A stretch of 61,179 bases of DNA, the filler included, from Basidiobolus ranarum (taxonomy: Eukaryota), in the NCBI GenBank assembly GCA_040143965.1. It is 8 parts of 8 records of this genome, joined end to end, with 100 filler letters (N's around TTAATTAATTAA, not from the genome) between each part and the next. Parts side by side here need not be neighbours in the genome. Positions count along the whole stretch, not along the records: positions 23,024 to 30,590 come from JASJQH010007977.1; positions 30,691 to 38,246 come from JASJQH010007978.1; positions 38,347 to 45,894 come from JASJQH010007979.1; 5 more parts are not named here. One strand, given 5' to 3'. A program made the position numbers and the translations under genes. The notes below the pieces were generated by a model, which was not told where the DNA came from, did no database searches, and was given only the letters and a program-made list of their open reading frames with translations. Below, piece by piece: positions 30,401 through 42,603 of this stretch. Position 1 is the stretch's first letter; every line of letters starts with the position of its first letter.

Positions 30401-30590
30401 GATTTGGAATTATTCTGATCTGTTTTAGTGATCCCCACCTTGCTGAACACAAATTGAGTCTTTGGGTTGTTGCTTGGCATACTGAGAGTAGATTCTTAGC
30501 TATGTTTGGTATATAGAGTACATCATGCTATTTTGCAGATGGTGCAGCTAAGTTTTGGCCCCAATTGAGCACACTGTGCTGTTACAAACT
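27463..30590 (-). mobile_element. Decayed Ty1/copia LTR retrotransposon, family A, opposite orientation
   Basis: MWHKRL (GAG-pre-integrase), HSDHCG, DNGGEY, HLRIFDC, KLEPKSRRYLFLGY, RYKAILVAKGYCQTPG..TFAPVAK, ALSTTEAEY; LTR-like 27463-27663. Confidence 0.9.
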
Positions 30591-30690
30591 NNNNNNNNNN
30601 NNNNNNNNNNNNNNNNNNNNNNNNNNNNNNNNNNTTAATTAATTAANNNNNNNNNNNNNNNNNNNNNNNNNNNNNNNNNNNNNNNNNNNN

Positions 30691-31233
30691 CCCAGGAACA
30701 TGTGTGCAAAGTTTGGGGCTTCTAACACAAGTTTAAAAATCTATATATATGAGAACTTTCAAGTTGGGAAAAATATTCTAAGTAAATTTGAATTGAGAAT
30801 AATGGATAATATCTTAGTGAAGTATAAGATAACCAAGTACTAAGCTATTTGGCTATATAGGTGCTTAGGCAAAGCCAACTTCAATATATTTGATTATGCC
30901 AGAGGGTGCTGGATAGTACCAGTTTTTCCTGGGTTCTGTTTGAAAGAACTTGGAGAACCAGAGGAATTATTGATTTTTACTTAATGATCCATTGAGCAAA
31001 AAGTGGAAATTTCTAGTTTTGTAAGGATATAAACAAAAAGACATGTAGATTGTACTCAAGAACATATATGCTAATTTTGGGGCTTGCACTTTAAGTTTGA
31101 AAAATCTCTATATCTTCACGCTTTTTAGTTAAGCTCCTCTTGAGAATAGTGAGTGATCTTAGTTCAATATGAAACAACTAAATACAAGGTTATATATGAC
31201 TATATAGATATTTAGATTATGCGAATATCAATA
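30691..31233 (-). repeat. Two LTR fragments of copia family B (30691-30886 and a more diverged copy ~30950-31233)
   Basis: CCCAGGAACATGTGTGCAAAGTTTGGGGCTTCTA.. matches the 38556-38902 LTR. Confidence 0.7.
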
Positions 31234-32422
31234 CCTAATTCTCTGCTAGTTCAATTCTCCTTAACTCTTTGGAATATTAGGAATGGTTTTCAAGTGTATG
31301 GATAGATGGAAACAATAAAGGACTTCTATATGTCTGATCACCATTTAAGTTATTGTTGAAAGCCAATCAAAAAGACATGATGATTTAGCTTATTTCAGCA
31401 TATCACAGATATGTCCAACTTTGTACTTAGTATTGGTTTACTCTATTTGGATACACCAATATGGCAAAATTATAATGATAATTGCAATGCATGATGTGTT
31501 TACAGCAAATAGAATCTTTACTTAAAAGTTCTTGCCCTGTGTTTCTAGTACAGTCAGAGATTCCAAAAATAAGTAGAAAGTGCATAATTTTTTAAGTTTC
31601 AAAATCAGTCAGACCAATTGAGTGGAGTAAGGCCATTTGCTGCAAAAGTTGATGGTCGAACGCATGTGATCCCGATGACGCTTATAATGACCTCCGTGTG
31701 GAGACCTCTCCAATGCCGTATAGTATTGTTTGTTATTGCAGCAATAGAGCTTTCCGAAGCTTGGCCACAACCTAAGTTAGTAGTAGTAACAGGCGTTAAT
31801 CTATATTGGATCGGAGTACTAGTACTTGTACTATGAGTGTAATGTGCTCGATTATTTTTCCTCTGCAATTATTTGTGCGCATCAACAGGCACCCAATCAT
31901 AATTGTATCACCTGATCTTTGCCTAGCACCCATATCTGTTGGCCCCATTACCGTAATAGAGATATATGAGCTACTACAAAGTCATTTCAGCCACATCCTC
32001 AGTATTTCTGACCAATCCGCGAATGAGAGCAGATGTTGACAACCATTGTAATGATTGATACAGGAAATCTCCTGTGTTTTCCAGGTTTAGTCCGGTTACT
32101 ATATCAATTAAAAATATCCTGAAGGTGCATCAATAAAATAGGCAAATGACTTCAAGTGATGCAGTAACCACATTTAGCCTAAAACTAAAATAAGATTTCA
32201 GATTGATTTAGATTCCTTGGTCGCAAATGGACATTCCCTAATTATATTCAATAATTGGCTTGATAAAAATAGAAAATATGCGTCACTATGGCTTATACCA
32301 AAACACTTTGAACCAGTATAGAATGACTTGTTCCATAATGTCAACAGCACGAATTACTCAAGTCATCTTCTGGCTCAAATAATTGGGTTAGAGAGCCTTT
32401 CAAGCTTACCACTCTAAAAAAT

Positions 32423-35400
32423 ATGTCTACTCAAAAAGAACTCCCAAACATTCCAAATATGCCGGGTTTTACTGAACCTCAGCTAGGAGTCAACGTACCA
32501 AACATGCCTTGTTCTGCCCAACCCACTCAAAGAGCTAACATACCGAACATGCCTGGCAGTGACCAAACCACTAACATTCCTATGTCTAATTCAACTCAAA
32601 CTCCTAACATTCCGAATATGCCTGGCACCACCCAACAAAGTGCACAATACCAACCAGGTCAGATCTTGGCAGTATAGCTAATGTAGTTGAAATGGAACTT
32701 TTGTTAATTCTAGTCTATTTATTTAACCTAATTAGAGAGTTCCAGTATGCCTACCCTCGATGTTCAGCAAGCCATAAAACCTCCAGAGCCTCTTGGAGCT
32801 GTATTTGAAATCCCGCCCATTCTTCTCACTCCTCATAAACTCTACAAGGTTTCAGTCAGTGTTAAGCATGATAGAATGTTTCATATCGATCCACATCTGA
32901 ATCGCATAGAGTGGAATTCTGGTAAAAAATGGAAGGTTCCCGTTGGTACTTAAAGTGTTGGGTTATATAGGATTTTTTTGAGCACCATAAATTAACTGTA
33001 TTCTCTTTGACTTGTTAGTGAACATTGAATGGATTAAGGAAGTCCGAACTAGTGACGAAGCTTTCATATTTAATGCTTTACTGAAGCCCAATGAAGTAGT
33101 ACTATATAAACCTCGTTGGTTTAGTATCGTTTACGTTGAAAAAGGTGAATACAAGAATCTAAATCTAGTTGCACCCACCGTTGAATTTAAAGATATTTGG
33201 GTGAACACTTTACGCGAAATAAGTAGCTATGGAAGTAAAATTCCCGCACTGGATTATTTAAATGTTCGTTTTGAAAATTGGTTGAAGAAGATATGGACTC
33301 AAGCTGATCGTAATAATGATAAAACATTGGATTACTCTGAAGTCAAGGATTTATTTGAGCAGTTGAATATATTCATACCGTCGAAGTTGTTGAAGCTTAA
33401 ATTCAAGGTGATCAAGAGATTCATACCTCTACCGACTTTCAACCATGAATTAAGCAAATGCTAAATAATCCCACTGAAAATATAGGAAGTTAACACTGAT
33501 GGAAGTGGAAAACTTGATTTCGAGGCGTTCAAGAACTTGGTGTGCTTCTGTAGACAGCGCCAGGATCTGCGACATGTATTTAGTCTTTTGGTCAAAGACG
33601 GATCGGAACACATAAATCGCCAAGAATTTGTAAATTTTTTACAGGACGTTCAGAAGGTAGCATCACAAGCTCTATCTTTCCTTTCTTGGTTACTAAGTCC
33701 TATCAATATTAGCACGATCCTACTGAAGCCGACGAAATATATCGCAAGTACTGTGACGAAGCTACTGGATTGGTTGAGTTTTCGGGCTTGGAGAGCTATC
33801 TTTTATCTGAAGATGGTCATTACTTTAAGAAAGAACGCGCGGGCATGTATCAGGATATGGGATTCCCGTTGAGCTATTACTATATTGCCTCATCACACAA
33901 TACGTAAGAAGGCTTCATTTCGTGTTGAATATCAGCATGTTTCTAACTTTATAAGCACCACAGTTATCTTCTTAGCAATCAACTGAAAGGAGAGTCCTCA
34001 GTGGAGGGCTATATCCGAGCTTTAAGAATGGGATGCAGATGTGTCGAGTGTAAGTGGATTTAAGATTTGCTTCTTTCGTCGTTTATTGAGCGTCGGCTAA
34101 TTGGAGTCACAAATCAGTGGATTGTTGGGATGGATCGGACGGTGAACCGATTATCTATCATGGCTATACATTGTAAGAGTCATTCTACCTCCTAAGACTT
34201 GTTTCTTTCATTTCTCATGTGTGGCATATATAGAACTTCCAAAATCTTATTCCGGGATGTTATCATGGCAATTAAGAAATATGCATTTGTGACTTCCCCA
34301 TATCCGCTTATACTTTCTTTGGAAATGCATTGCTCTTTAGTGCAGCAGGAAAGAATCGCGGCGATTTTGATTGACATCCTAGGAGAGAGTTTGTTGACTT
34401 CAAGTATAGATGCAAGTGGTACTTCGTTACCATCTCCTCAGAAACTTCAACATAAGATAATGATAAAGGTACAATTAACAGAGTTAAGTACTTCGTCCTC
34501 TTTGCTAATAGTCTCATCTTAGGGAAAAGTCGTACGTAATGAATTGTCAGAGGAGGTGATTAGCTCTTCCGATTCCGAAGGGGCCTCTGTGGAGAGTAAG
34601 AGGCTGATTTACTCCTATTCAAATGATATTCATTTAATCATCCACGTTGACTAGGTAAATCAAAGGCCAAAAAAGTCAAAGTGGCCAAGGCACTCTCTGA
34701 TTTGGTAATTTATTGTAAAGCGGTACATTTCCAAGGCTTTGGTAGTACAGAGAGTAAGTGTTTTTTCAACCTGTGATACTGATATTAATATTTACCTGTA
34801 AGCACTTGATTGTAGAACGATTTGACGAGATGTCTTCGTTCAAAGAGCACACTTCATTGAAGTTTTGTGAAGAGGATATGCAAAAATATTTCCAATACAT
34901 CCAGATGCAACTGAGTAGAATTTATCCCGCGGGAAAGCGTGTTAACTCTTCTAATTTTGATCCAACCCATCACTGGGCTGCTGGTTGCCAAGTTGTTGCT
35001 CTAAACTATCAAACATATGGTAATATTAGAAAATCCTTGTCTTTTCATACGTTTATGTTAACCACTAACTCTATGCCTAATTTTCAACTTTTATCAGATC
35101 GGTCTATGGACTTAAATCAAGCTCTCTTTAGAGGGAATGGTAGTTGTGGATATATCCTAAAACCAGAGTATCTGCTTAAAGATGGAATAATCCCGGATTC
35201 AGGCAAGGTGCTAACTATTGAGGTATTATCGCATCGATGCTCACAACCGCACAATAGCCAAACCCACATTAATTCACTTCTAACCTAGATTATATCAGCC
35301 CATCAATTACCAAAACCAGAGGAATCTGAGGAAGGTGAAGTAGTGGATCCATATTGTGAGATCGAGGTAATAACCCCTGGAAAACCAGTGCAAAGAGGTA

Positions 35401-35832
35401 AAACGAAAACAGTAGAAGATAATGGGTTTAACCCTCAGTGGAATGAAAAGTACATCTTCCATGTTCCAAGATTTGAGCTGAGTTTCTTGAGGTAGTATTG
35501 CTTTCTATTGTAACCAGCGATGAGAAGTTGACATAATACTAATACAATGCTTGAAAGAATTTCCATCTGTGACAAGGATTATCACCGTGATCAATTTCTT
35601 GCTAGTCATTCGAGTTTGTTAGGAAATCTCAAGCCTGGTAACTTTTCTCTAAAAACTATATCCATTGAAATTGTAGTTTGTTAAACCTGATTTCTACACC
35701 ATTCTATTTTCAGGGTATAGACATTTGGAACTAAAGAATTTCGCTGGAGAAATCATTCCATTTGGAAATGTGTTCGTTCGGTTAGAAATTCTTGATAGTG
35801 GAAATGTACCCGTGAAAGCCTCTACATTCTAG
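32423..35832 (+). CDS. PLC1: Phosphoinositide-specific phospholipase C (PH-EF-X-Y-C2), multi-exon
   Basis: [74 protein letters not shown]2 [15 protein letters not shown]; stop at 35830-35832. Confidence 0.93.
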
Positions 35833-36368
35833 TATCTGATACATATTCTGAACATGGTAACGTTCTAAAGCCAGTACTACTCAACCCATCCAATTACAAG
35901 CCGATAAATGTAGGCTTTCATCATATTTTACTTTTTTCTTTCAGTTGAAAATCAGATATTTCTTTGCACTCAATATTGGCACATCATTCTGGACAAAACG
36001 CTGTCTTCCATAAGTTGAATATATATAAAAGGCGATTCATCTTCATAGTCCCTAATTTATAGATACAGTGGAAATCACATGATCATATAAATTATTAATA
36101 GTCAAATAATTCCAGCAGAGTTTCAAATATGCTGCACTCTACACTTCATCCAAAGCGTTGACAAAGAATATATATTCGCTTTATTCAATCACATCAAAAG
36201 AAATCATGTGCTCTTGAATGTACTCACAGCTGCTATGGTTTAAATCAAATCAACCTTGAAGTTACTAATGATCATATTGGATTATGAGAGACCAGAATTT
36301 ATCTGGCATGCAAAACTGCTTCAAGAATACCTGGAATGGTTGCTGGCAGAGATCTAATTTTGATGTAC

Positions 36369-37985
36369 TTATTCATCATCGCTCCAGAAACTTCCCCAAG
36401 AAGATTCTTGCTCCTCGTCATCTGGAAGAAAGGCATCGCTTCCAAACAATCCTGAACCAACTCCAAATCCACTGGCGGCTCCAGCTTCCGATGAGGAATC
36501 TGAGGGCGCCGAGGGTGGAGGAGGGGCAGGCCCAGAGTCATCATCTCGGTACTCATCACCGAAGAAGGGAATTGGAAAGAAAGGGAAACCTCCTCTGTAT
36601 GATTGTGTTAGTAGCAAGATATAGAAGAAAAATCAAGTTGAACATCTCTTACCCATGTCTAGAATGCCTGGAAAAGTAATCAAAATCAATGGTTACAGCA
36701 GAGGCTAAGGTAACTGCACGCTCATCAAGTGTCAACAAACGGGCGTTGTCTTCCACATCATCCATTTTAAGCATATAAGTTCCGGTGTCTGTGAAGATCT
36801 AGTGGGGATAGTATGAAAGTTTAGATTTCCACGGAATGGATAAAAGACTCAGAATAAAACAACCTCTCGAGCAAATCCACCGAAATTGCGCGTGACATGT
36901 CCCAACAGACCACCGTTTTCGGTTTGAAGTAAGAATTCCCAAGACAGGAAGCCAGAATCAATTCGAGCAAATTGGCGCTCACTATAAAGATACAAATAGT
37001 TGACCAGGAATTAGCCTACAGTTGGGATACCTCATGACTAACATCAAATACCCTATGAAGAGATTATATGCGCGACGCCATAGATGCCATTCTTGCTGTA
37101 CTTCACCAATCAAGGTATCATCGCTTCGATAAATAAAAATACGACTATTAATCCAAGAAAATGGACGATGAATCTATTGAAGAAACAGGTTAATTCACTA
37201 CGCTCGCATCCAATCTGTTCCATATGCATTTGTTCACTAACCTTTAGTACTACATTTCCTTCTTTGTCCAGAACGGTAGCATTGAACTTGCGATGCGTCC
37301 GCAAAAATTGTCTAGCCAGAGTGTTACCAAAGCTATCCTCTTCCGCTAGAAAGCCAAGGTAATTTCCATATTGATCGGCGATAGCGTATTTATTAGCTTG
37401 TTCAAAGCCCTGTTCATCGTCATGAGGTCAATTCAAACCAAAGCACGACCCTCGATGATTAAATATTTGTAAAATACATACCATGAATACATTCAACATC
37501 TCTAATTGACGGGTAATAACGAGAGTTCCATGTTCCAGAATTCTGGCTGCGGGGTCGCATATATCTAAAGTTCCGTTGGGATCGATTGGAACTTGTACCG
37601 TGGTGCTATGAGCACTGGGGATTGATTCAGCAACAGCCAGTTCAGGATTAACATTGTCCACTCTATCTTTGGGCTGACGTCTGATGATGTCTTTGTGTAC
37701 TCTATTTCTACTGCCTAGAAAAATCAACTAAGTTAGAAACAAAAAGAATACTTTGAAAGTGCTAGAGCCAAGTCTTGGTAATGTGAATAGAGAGTTCTCA
37801 CCGAGAATACGATCCCTTCTAAGAGAGGAAAATGGTTGAATTTGAGCCACTAACAATCTGGGGGCAGTTTGTGGAATGGTCCGTGTCCAATTACTTGAAA
37901 CTCCCTTTGAGCAATACAAGCCAGAGACATAAGCAGTCCTTGCTAACGGCGAAAGTTTGAGTAAACTGTTTCGAATCAAGTACAT
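36369..37985 (-). CDS. AIM25: Mitochondrial phospholipid scramblase family protein (Aim25-like), multi-exon
   Basis: RQLEMLNVFM|GFEQANKY, RQFLRTHRKF, QQEWHLWRRAYNLF, FARIDSGFLSWEF, REIFTDTG, LTLDERAV..TIDFDYFSRHS; N-terminal basic presequence. Confidence 0.85.
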
Positions 37986-38346
37986 TTGAAAGGTAAAAGT
38001 TCAAGAGCAAAATTTTGATTAGTATCAAGGCATCGTATTACGTAAATTATTAAAGTTCGTGTAAATTTTTTGAAAACCGAACGAAATTAGATTTTGCCAA
38101 CGTCACTCGAATGTGAGTTAGACCAAAGTTTACAGCAAATTCCAATTTCCACTTTTAGGAATATGCATCGGATCGAAAATCTACATTACGAGTGATTATA
38201 AATCATTGCATGGTGTGCAAAGTATCAAGGAGTTTCGCATGAATTTNNNNNNNNNNNNNNNNNNNNNNNNNNNNNNNNNNNNNNNNNNNNTTAATTAATT
38301 AANNNNNNNNNNNNNNNNNNNNNNNNNNNNNNNNNNNNNNNNNNNN

Positions 38347-38902
38347 TAACCTGGAGTAAAACTTTGGTTTCAGATAGTTTTGCATTGTTTCCTTCTCCTA
38401 CAACAGTGTCCCAAAGTCCTTTTTATTGCAGCAGCATTTTCAGTTTAATTTTCCAAACTTGATTATTGGTTCCATCCAATTTTTCAGAAGAGGGAAAAGT
38501 TCCATAAATATGAGATATAGACATTTCAAGGAGTGCAAGCTCAGGGCTCATAACGTGTTAAAGTATATGGGAGCCTGTTGGAAGTGGCTTGGAGAATTAG
38601 AGGAATGGTGGCTTTCACTTATTGATTTATTGAGTAGAAAGTTGACATTTATAGTTTTGTTAAGATGTAAACAAACAAACATGTAGAATGTGCTAAGGAA
38701 GGTCCCAGGAACATGTGTGCACAGCTTGGGGCTTCTAGCACAGGTTTGAAAGATCTATATATCTGAGAACTTCTAAGTTGGTAAAAATATTCAAAGTAAA
38801 TTCCAATTGAGAATAATGGATAATATCTTAGTGAATTATAGGATAACTAAGTACTAAGCTATATATGACTATATAGGTGTTTAGGCAATGCTATTTTCAA
38901 CA
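38347..38902 (-). mobile_element. 5' end of a copia family B element: 5' LTR (38556-38902), PBS (38544-38555) and gag start
   Basis: LTR TGTTG..TTAACA, followed on the minus strand by CGTTATGAGCCC (copia-type half-tRNAiMet PBS), then EKLDGTNNQVWKIKLKMLLQ*KGLWDTVVG (copia gag N-terminus). Confidence 0.82.
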
Positions 38903-38904
38903 TA

Positions 38905-41301
38905 TACAAGATACACTTAGGTCTACTTTATGGGAAAAAAAGAAGTAGCTCTCTTTTTCTTTAAAGACATTCAAACATTGGTGGAGACTGAAGCCAGAGC
39001 TAAAATCAAGAAAATACATATTGATAATGGTAGAGAATATACTTCAACACTATTTAAGCATTTTGCAAAGTTAATGGAATTAAGCAAGAAACTACTGCCT
39101 CCAGTTCACCTCAACAAAATGGAGTTGCTGAAGGAGCAAACAGCACTATAATCAAAATGGCCAGATCCATGATAAATGCACAAAATTTATCTCATAACTT
39201 TCAGGCAGAATCTGTTGCTACAGCTATATATCTGAAGAATAGAAGTTTTACTACAAGTCTGTCTAGCTCTACACCATATCAAGCTTGGTTTGTAGTTACA
39301 CCTGATGTAAAACATATGAGGATCTTTGGATGCATTGCTTATGTCAAATTATGATCAAAAATTGGTCAAAATTTGGTCCAAAAATTAAGAAATGCATATT
39401 TCTGGGTATTGTACCCAAGCTAAGGCCAACAGACTCTATGACACCAAAACTTCAAGGTTAATCAAGACCAGGGATGTTTTGTTTGATGAAAATGAGAATT
39501 TTCACCCAAAATGACCTCAGATGATAACAAAAATCAATTTTCTCCTGATCCAATCATGCATATTAATTCAGACCAAAACAATGAATAAAATTGCATTTCT
39601 GTGGACTCTTCAACCAAAATTTGGCCTACTGAAGTGTCCAATACAATACAATATATTAGCTCATTATACATCAAATACAAACTACTTATGAGTTTATTAT
39701 ACATCAAATGGAAGTTAAAACTGCTTTTTTAAATGGTGAGCTTGCTGAAAAGATGTGAATTGACCATCCAGATGGATTTGTGGACCCATAAAACCTTAAA
39801 AAAGCTTGCAGACTCTGGAAAACACACTATGGCTTAAAACAATCTCCAAGAGCTTGGAATAGCAAAATAGATGCTTTTTTAGAAACACTCAGATTCCAAC
39901 AGAGTACTGCTCATTATAGTATCTACTTCAGGTCATATAAGACAAATCCAATTTTATTAGCCTTATATGTAGATGACCTTATTATAGCAACTAATCACTT
40001 GAAGACTCTGGAGAAAATCAAATCCAGCTTATCTGCCAAATTCAAAATGACTGATCTTGGTGAACTGGCATACTATCTTGGAGTCCAAAATAAGATCAAT
40101 AGAATTCCCAAAACAATAACTTTAAACCTGTCTAAGTATATCCTAGATATACAAAAGAAGTTTAAAATGGAAGAATGTAGTCCAGTATCTATCCAATGGA
40201 GACAAATCTTACTTGACCAAAAATGGCTTAAATCAGATGTTTTTGGATTCAAGTGAAAGTCAGAGATTTCCTTATCAATATATAGTTGGCAGTTTGATGT
40301 ATATCATGGTTGGAACATGGCCAGATATTGCATATTCTGTGGGAGTTATGTGCCAATATCTTCAAATTATAGATCTATTCAAATCATAGCAGTTGAGTGG
40401 ATTTTCAGATATTTGAAAGGTACCATTGATCCATGCTTAAAATACACATGTACTGGATCAAACTTTGGTCTGATGGGATATTCAGATGCAAATTGAGGAA
40501 GAGATATTGAAAACAGAAGATCTACAATAGGATACTTATTTCTTTGTTGTAATGGAGCTATTTCTTGGAACGCAAAGAAACAATCTACCATAGCACTTTC
40601 AACAACAGAGGCAGAATATATGGCTGCCTGTAAGGCAACAAAAGAAGTAATATGGCTAAGAAAACTCTTAACAGATTTAGGTTATTCTCAATTTTCACAA
40701 ATACAATATTTCATGATAGTCACAGTTATATCAAATTAGCTAAAAATCACATGTTTCATAGTTGAAGCAAACATGCAGATATTAGACATCACTTTGTTAG
40801 AGAGACTAGAGAGAATAAGCTTATTGACTTAACTTATTGCTTGACAAAAGACATGATTGCTGATTTATTAAACAAGCCATTAGCTAGACAGAAATTTGAG
40901 AAATTTAGACCTTCCTGAGGATTAGTTTATATGACTATTTATTCGAGGTCACAAGTTGCAATTAGCATTGCCTCAACACCTATATAGTCATATATAGCTT
41001 AGTACTTAGTTATCTTATACTTCACTAGGATATTATCTATTATTGTCAATTGGAATTTACTTGGAATATTTCTACCAACTTAGAAGTTCTCAGATATATA
41101 GGTTTTTCAAACTTGTGCTAGAAGCCCTAAACTTTGCACACATGTTTCTGGAACCTTCCTTAGCACATTCTACAAGTTACTTTGCTTACATCTTGACAAA
41201 ACTACAAATATCAACTTTCTACTCAATAAATCAACAAGTGAAAACCACCAATTTCTCTGATTCTCCAAACCACTTCCAACAGGCTCCCATATTCTTCAAC
41301 A
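38905..41301 (+). mobile_element. Decayed copia element (integrase-RT-RNaseH) with family B 3' LTR (40954-41301)
   Basis: DNGREY, PQQNGVAE, HMRIFGCIAY, QMEVKTAFLNG, LYVDDL, MTDLGE, ALSTTEAEY, DIRHHFVRE; multiple stops and an internal deletion. Confidence 0.9.
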
Positions 41302-42603
41302 AAATCCCCATGAGCATAGTGAGTGATATCATAGCTCAATATGGAATAAATACATACTGAGCTACATTTGACTATATAGATGTTTAGGGTATGTTAATTT
41401 CCACAAATACTACTAGCGTGCCAAGCTACAAGTATCCATTAAATTTACTTCACTACAAGATATTAATGGTTGCATATATCTCTCCATTAAATGGTCAAGT
41501 TTGAATTAAGAATATAGCATTCTCCTCTTAACTCTCCTTAAATGTTTGAAGCCTCAATGAAACCCAAAATAGCAGAAAATTGAAGAACCGTTATGGTCAT
41601 GATGATGCCATCCTTCAATAGATCATATAGTGTATTTTCAAACCCTATATTGGGTGAATAAAACTAGAGAATTGGTTTGAATGCTAGCTTCTGAAGTGTC
41701 CATACACAGCGATAGAAGCACATATATTTGTGAACACAATGTGAAAGGATGTTGCAGAGGCATCTCGCCTTCCCTCACTACTCTGTCACTCTAAAAAATT
41801 GACATCCCTTCGAGCTGCAGTTGTTAGGCCAAGATGAGGTAGTGAACATCGTCATGATGTAACTATAGAGCCTTATATCGCCTTAAGAATAGACGATGCC
41901 ACATCACGCGCAAACGTCAATAATATTATAACCTTGATTTAAACTCACGCTAACAAATCTCATCAGATTGACTGAGTTAAAATTTCCACTTGAAGCAGTC
42001 ACATCTCTGCATTCTAATCAATTTTGAAATTCCGGGAAAATCCCAATGCGATTGTCCCAGTTCACCGTGCATGCATAGAAAAAAGAAAACAGCTCAATTT
42101 AGTAAAGATCGAACCTTAAGGCACCAACTACTTCTTATTCTAAATAGGTAGTAGGGTAGATCGGGGACCCGTCTATAATCTGTAGAGTAACAGCGAATCC
42201 GTCACTGATCGGCCACATTTTTTGATGACATTCGGAACTTAACAGTTACACGGTAATATTTTTTTGTACTAACTGGGGTAACCCTAAATGAAATCACACG
42301 TTTGGGTACCAAGTTGGAAAGTAACACTATGATGGCATGATTTGCCGCGAATATTCTTAGAATTAGATGGAAAATATTCCGATATTGAAGCATGTGGTTG
42401 AAGTTAGTAAGTGGCTAGAGTTTAAATTGCGTAGGCTACTTTTACTGATTGAAAACAAACTGCAGAAGGAGAAAAGGCAGAATTAGGGGCATTGTACTAG
42501 CACGCCATTTCGATATATGATACTGGTAGGAATGTATTGGATCCGTAATTGAATACAAATGATTGGAATTTAATGAATTAAGTACTATTACGTATATTAT
42601 AAT

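Noticed and set aside
31605-32039. Cluster of short overlapping ORFs upstream of PLC
   Set aside because: No recognisable motifs or coherent exon structure.
38556-41301. DNA transposon with ~347-bp terminal inverted repeats capturing a copia pol fragment
   Set aside because: The repeats are LTRs: they have TG..CA-type ends, one is followed by a PBS and gag, and the other follows RNaseH.
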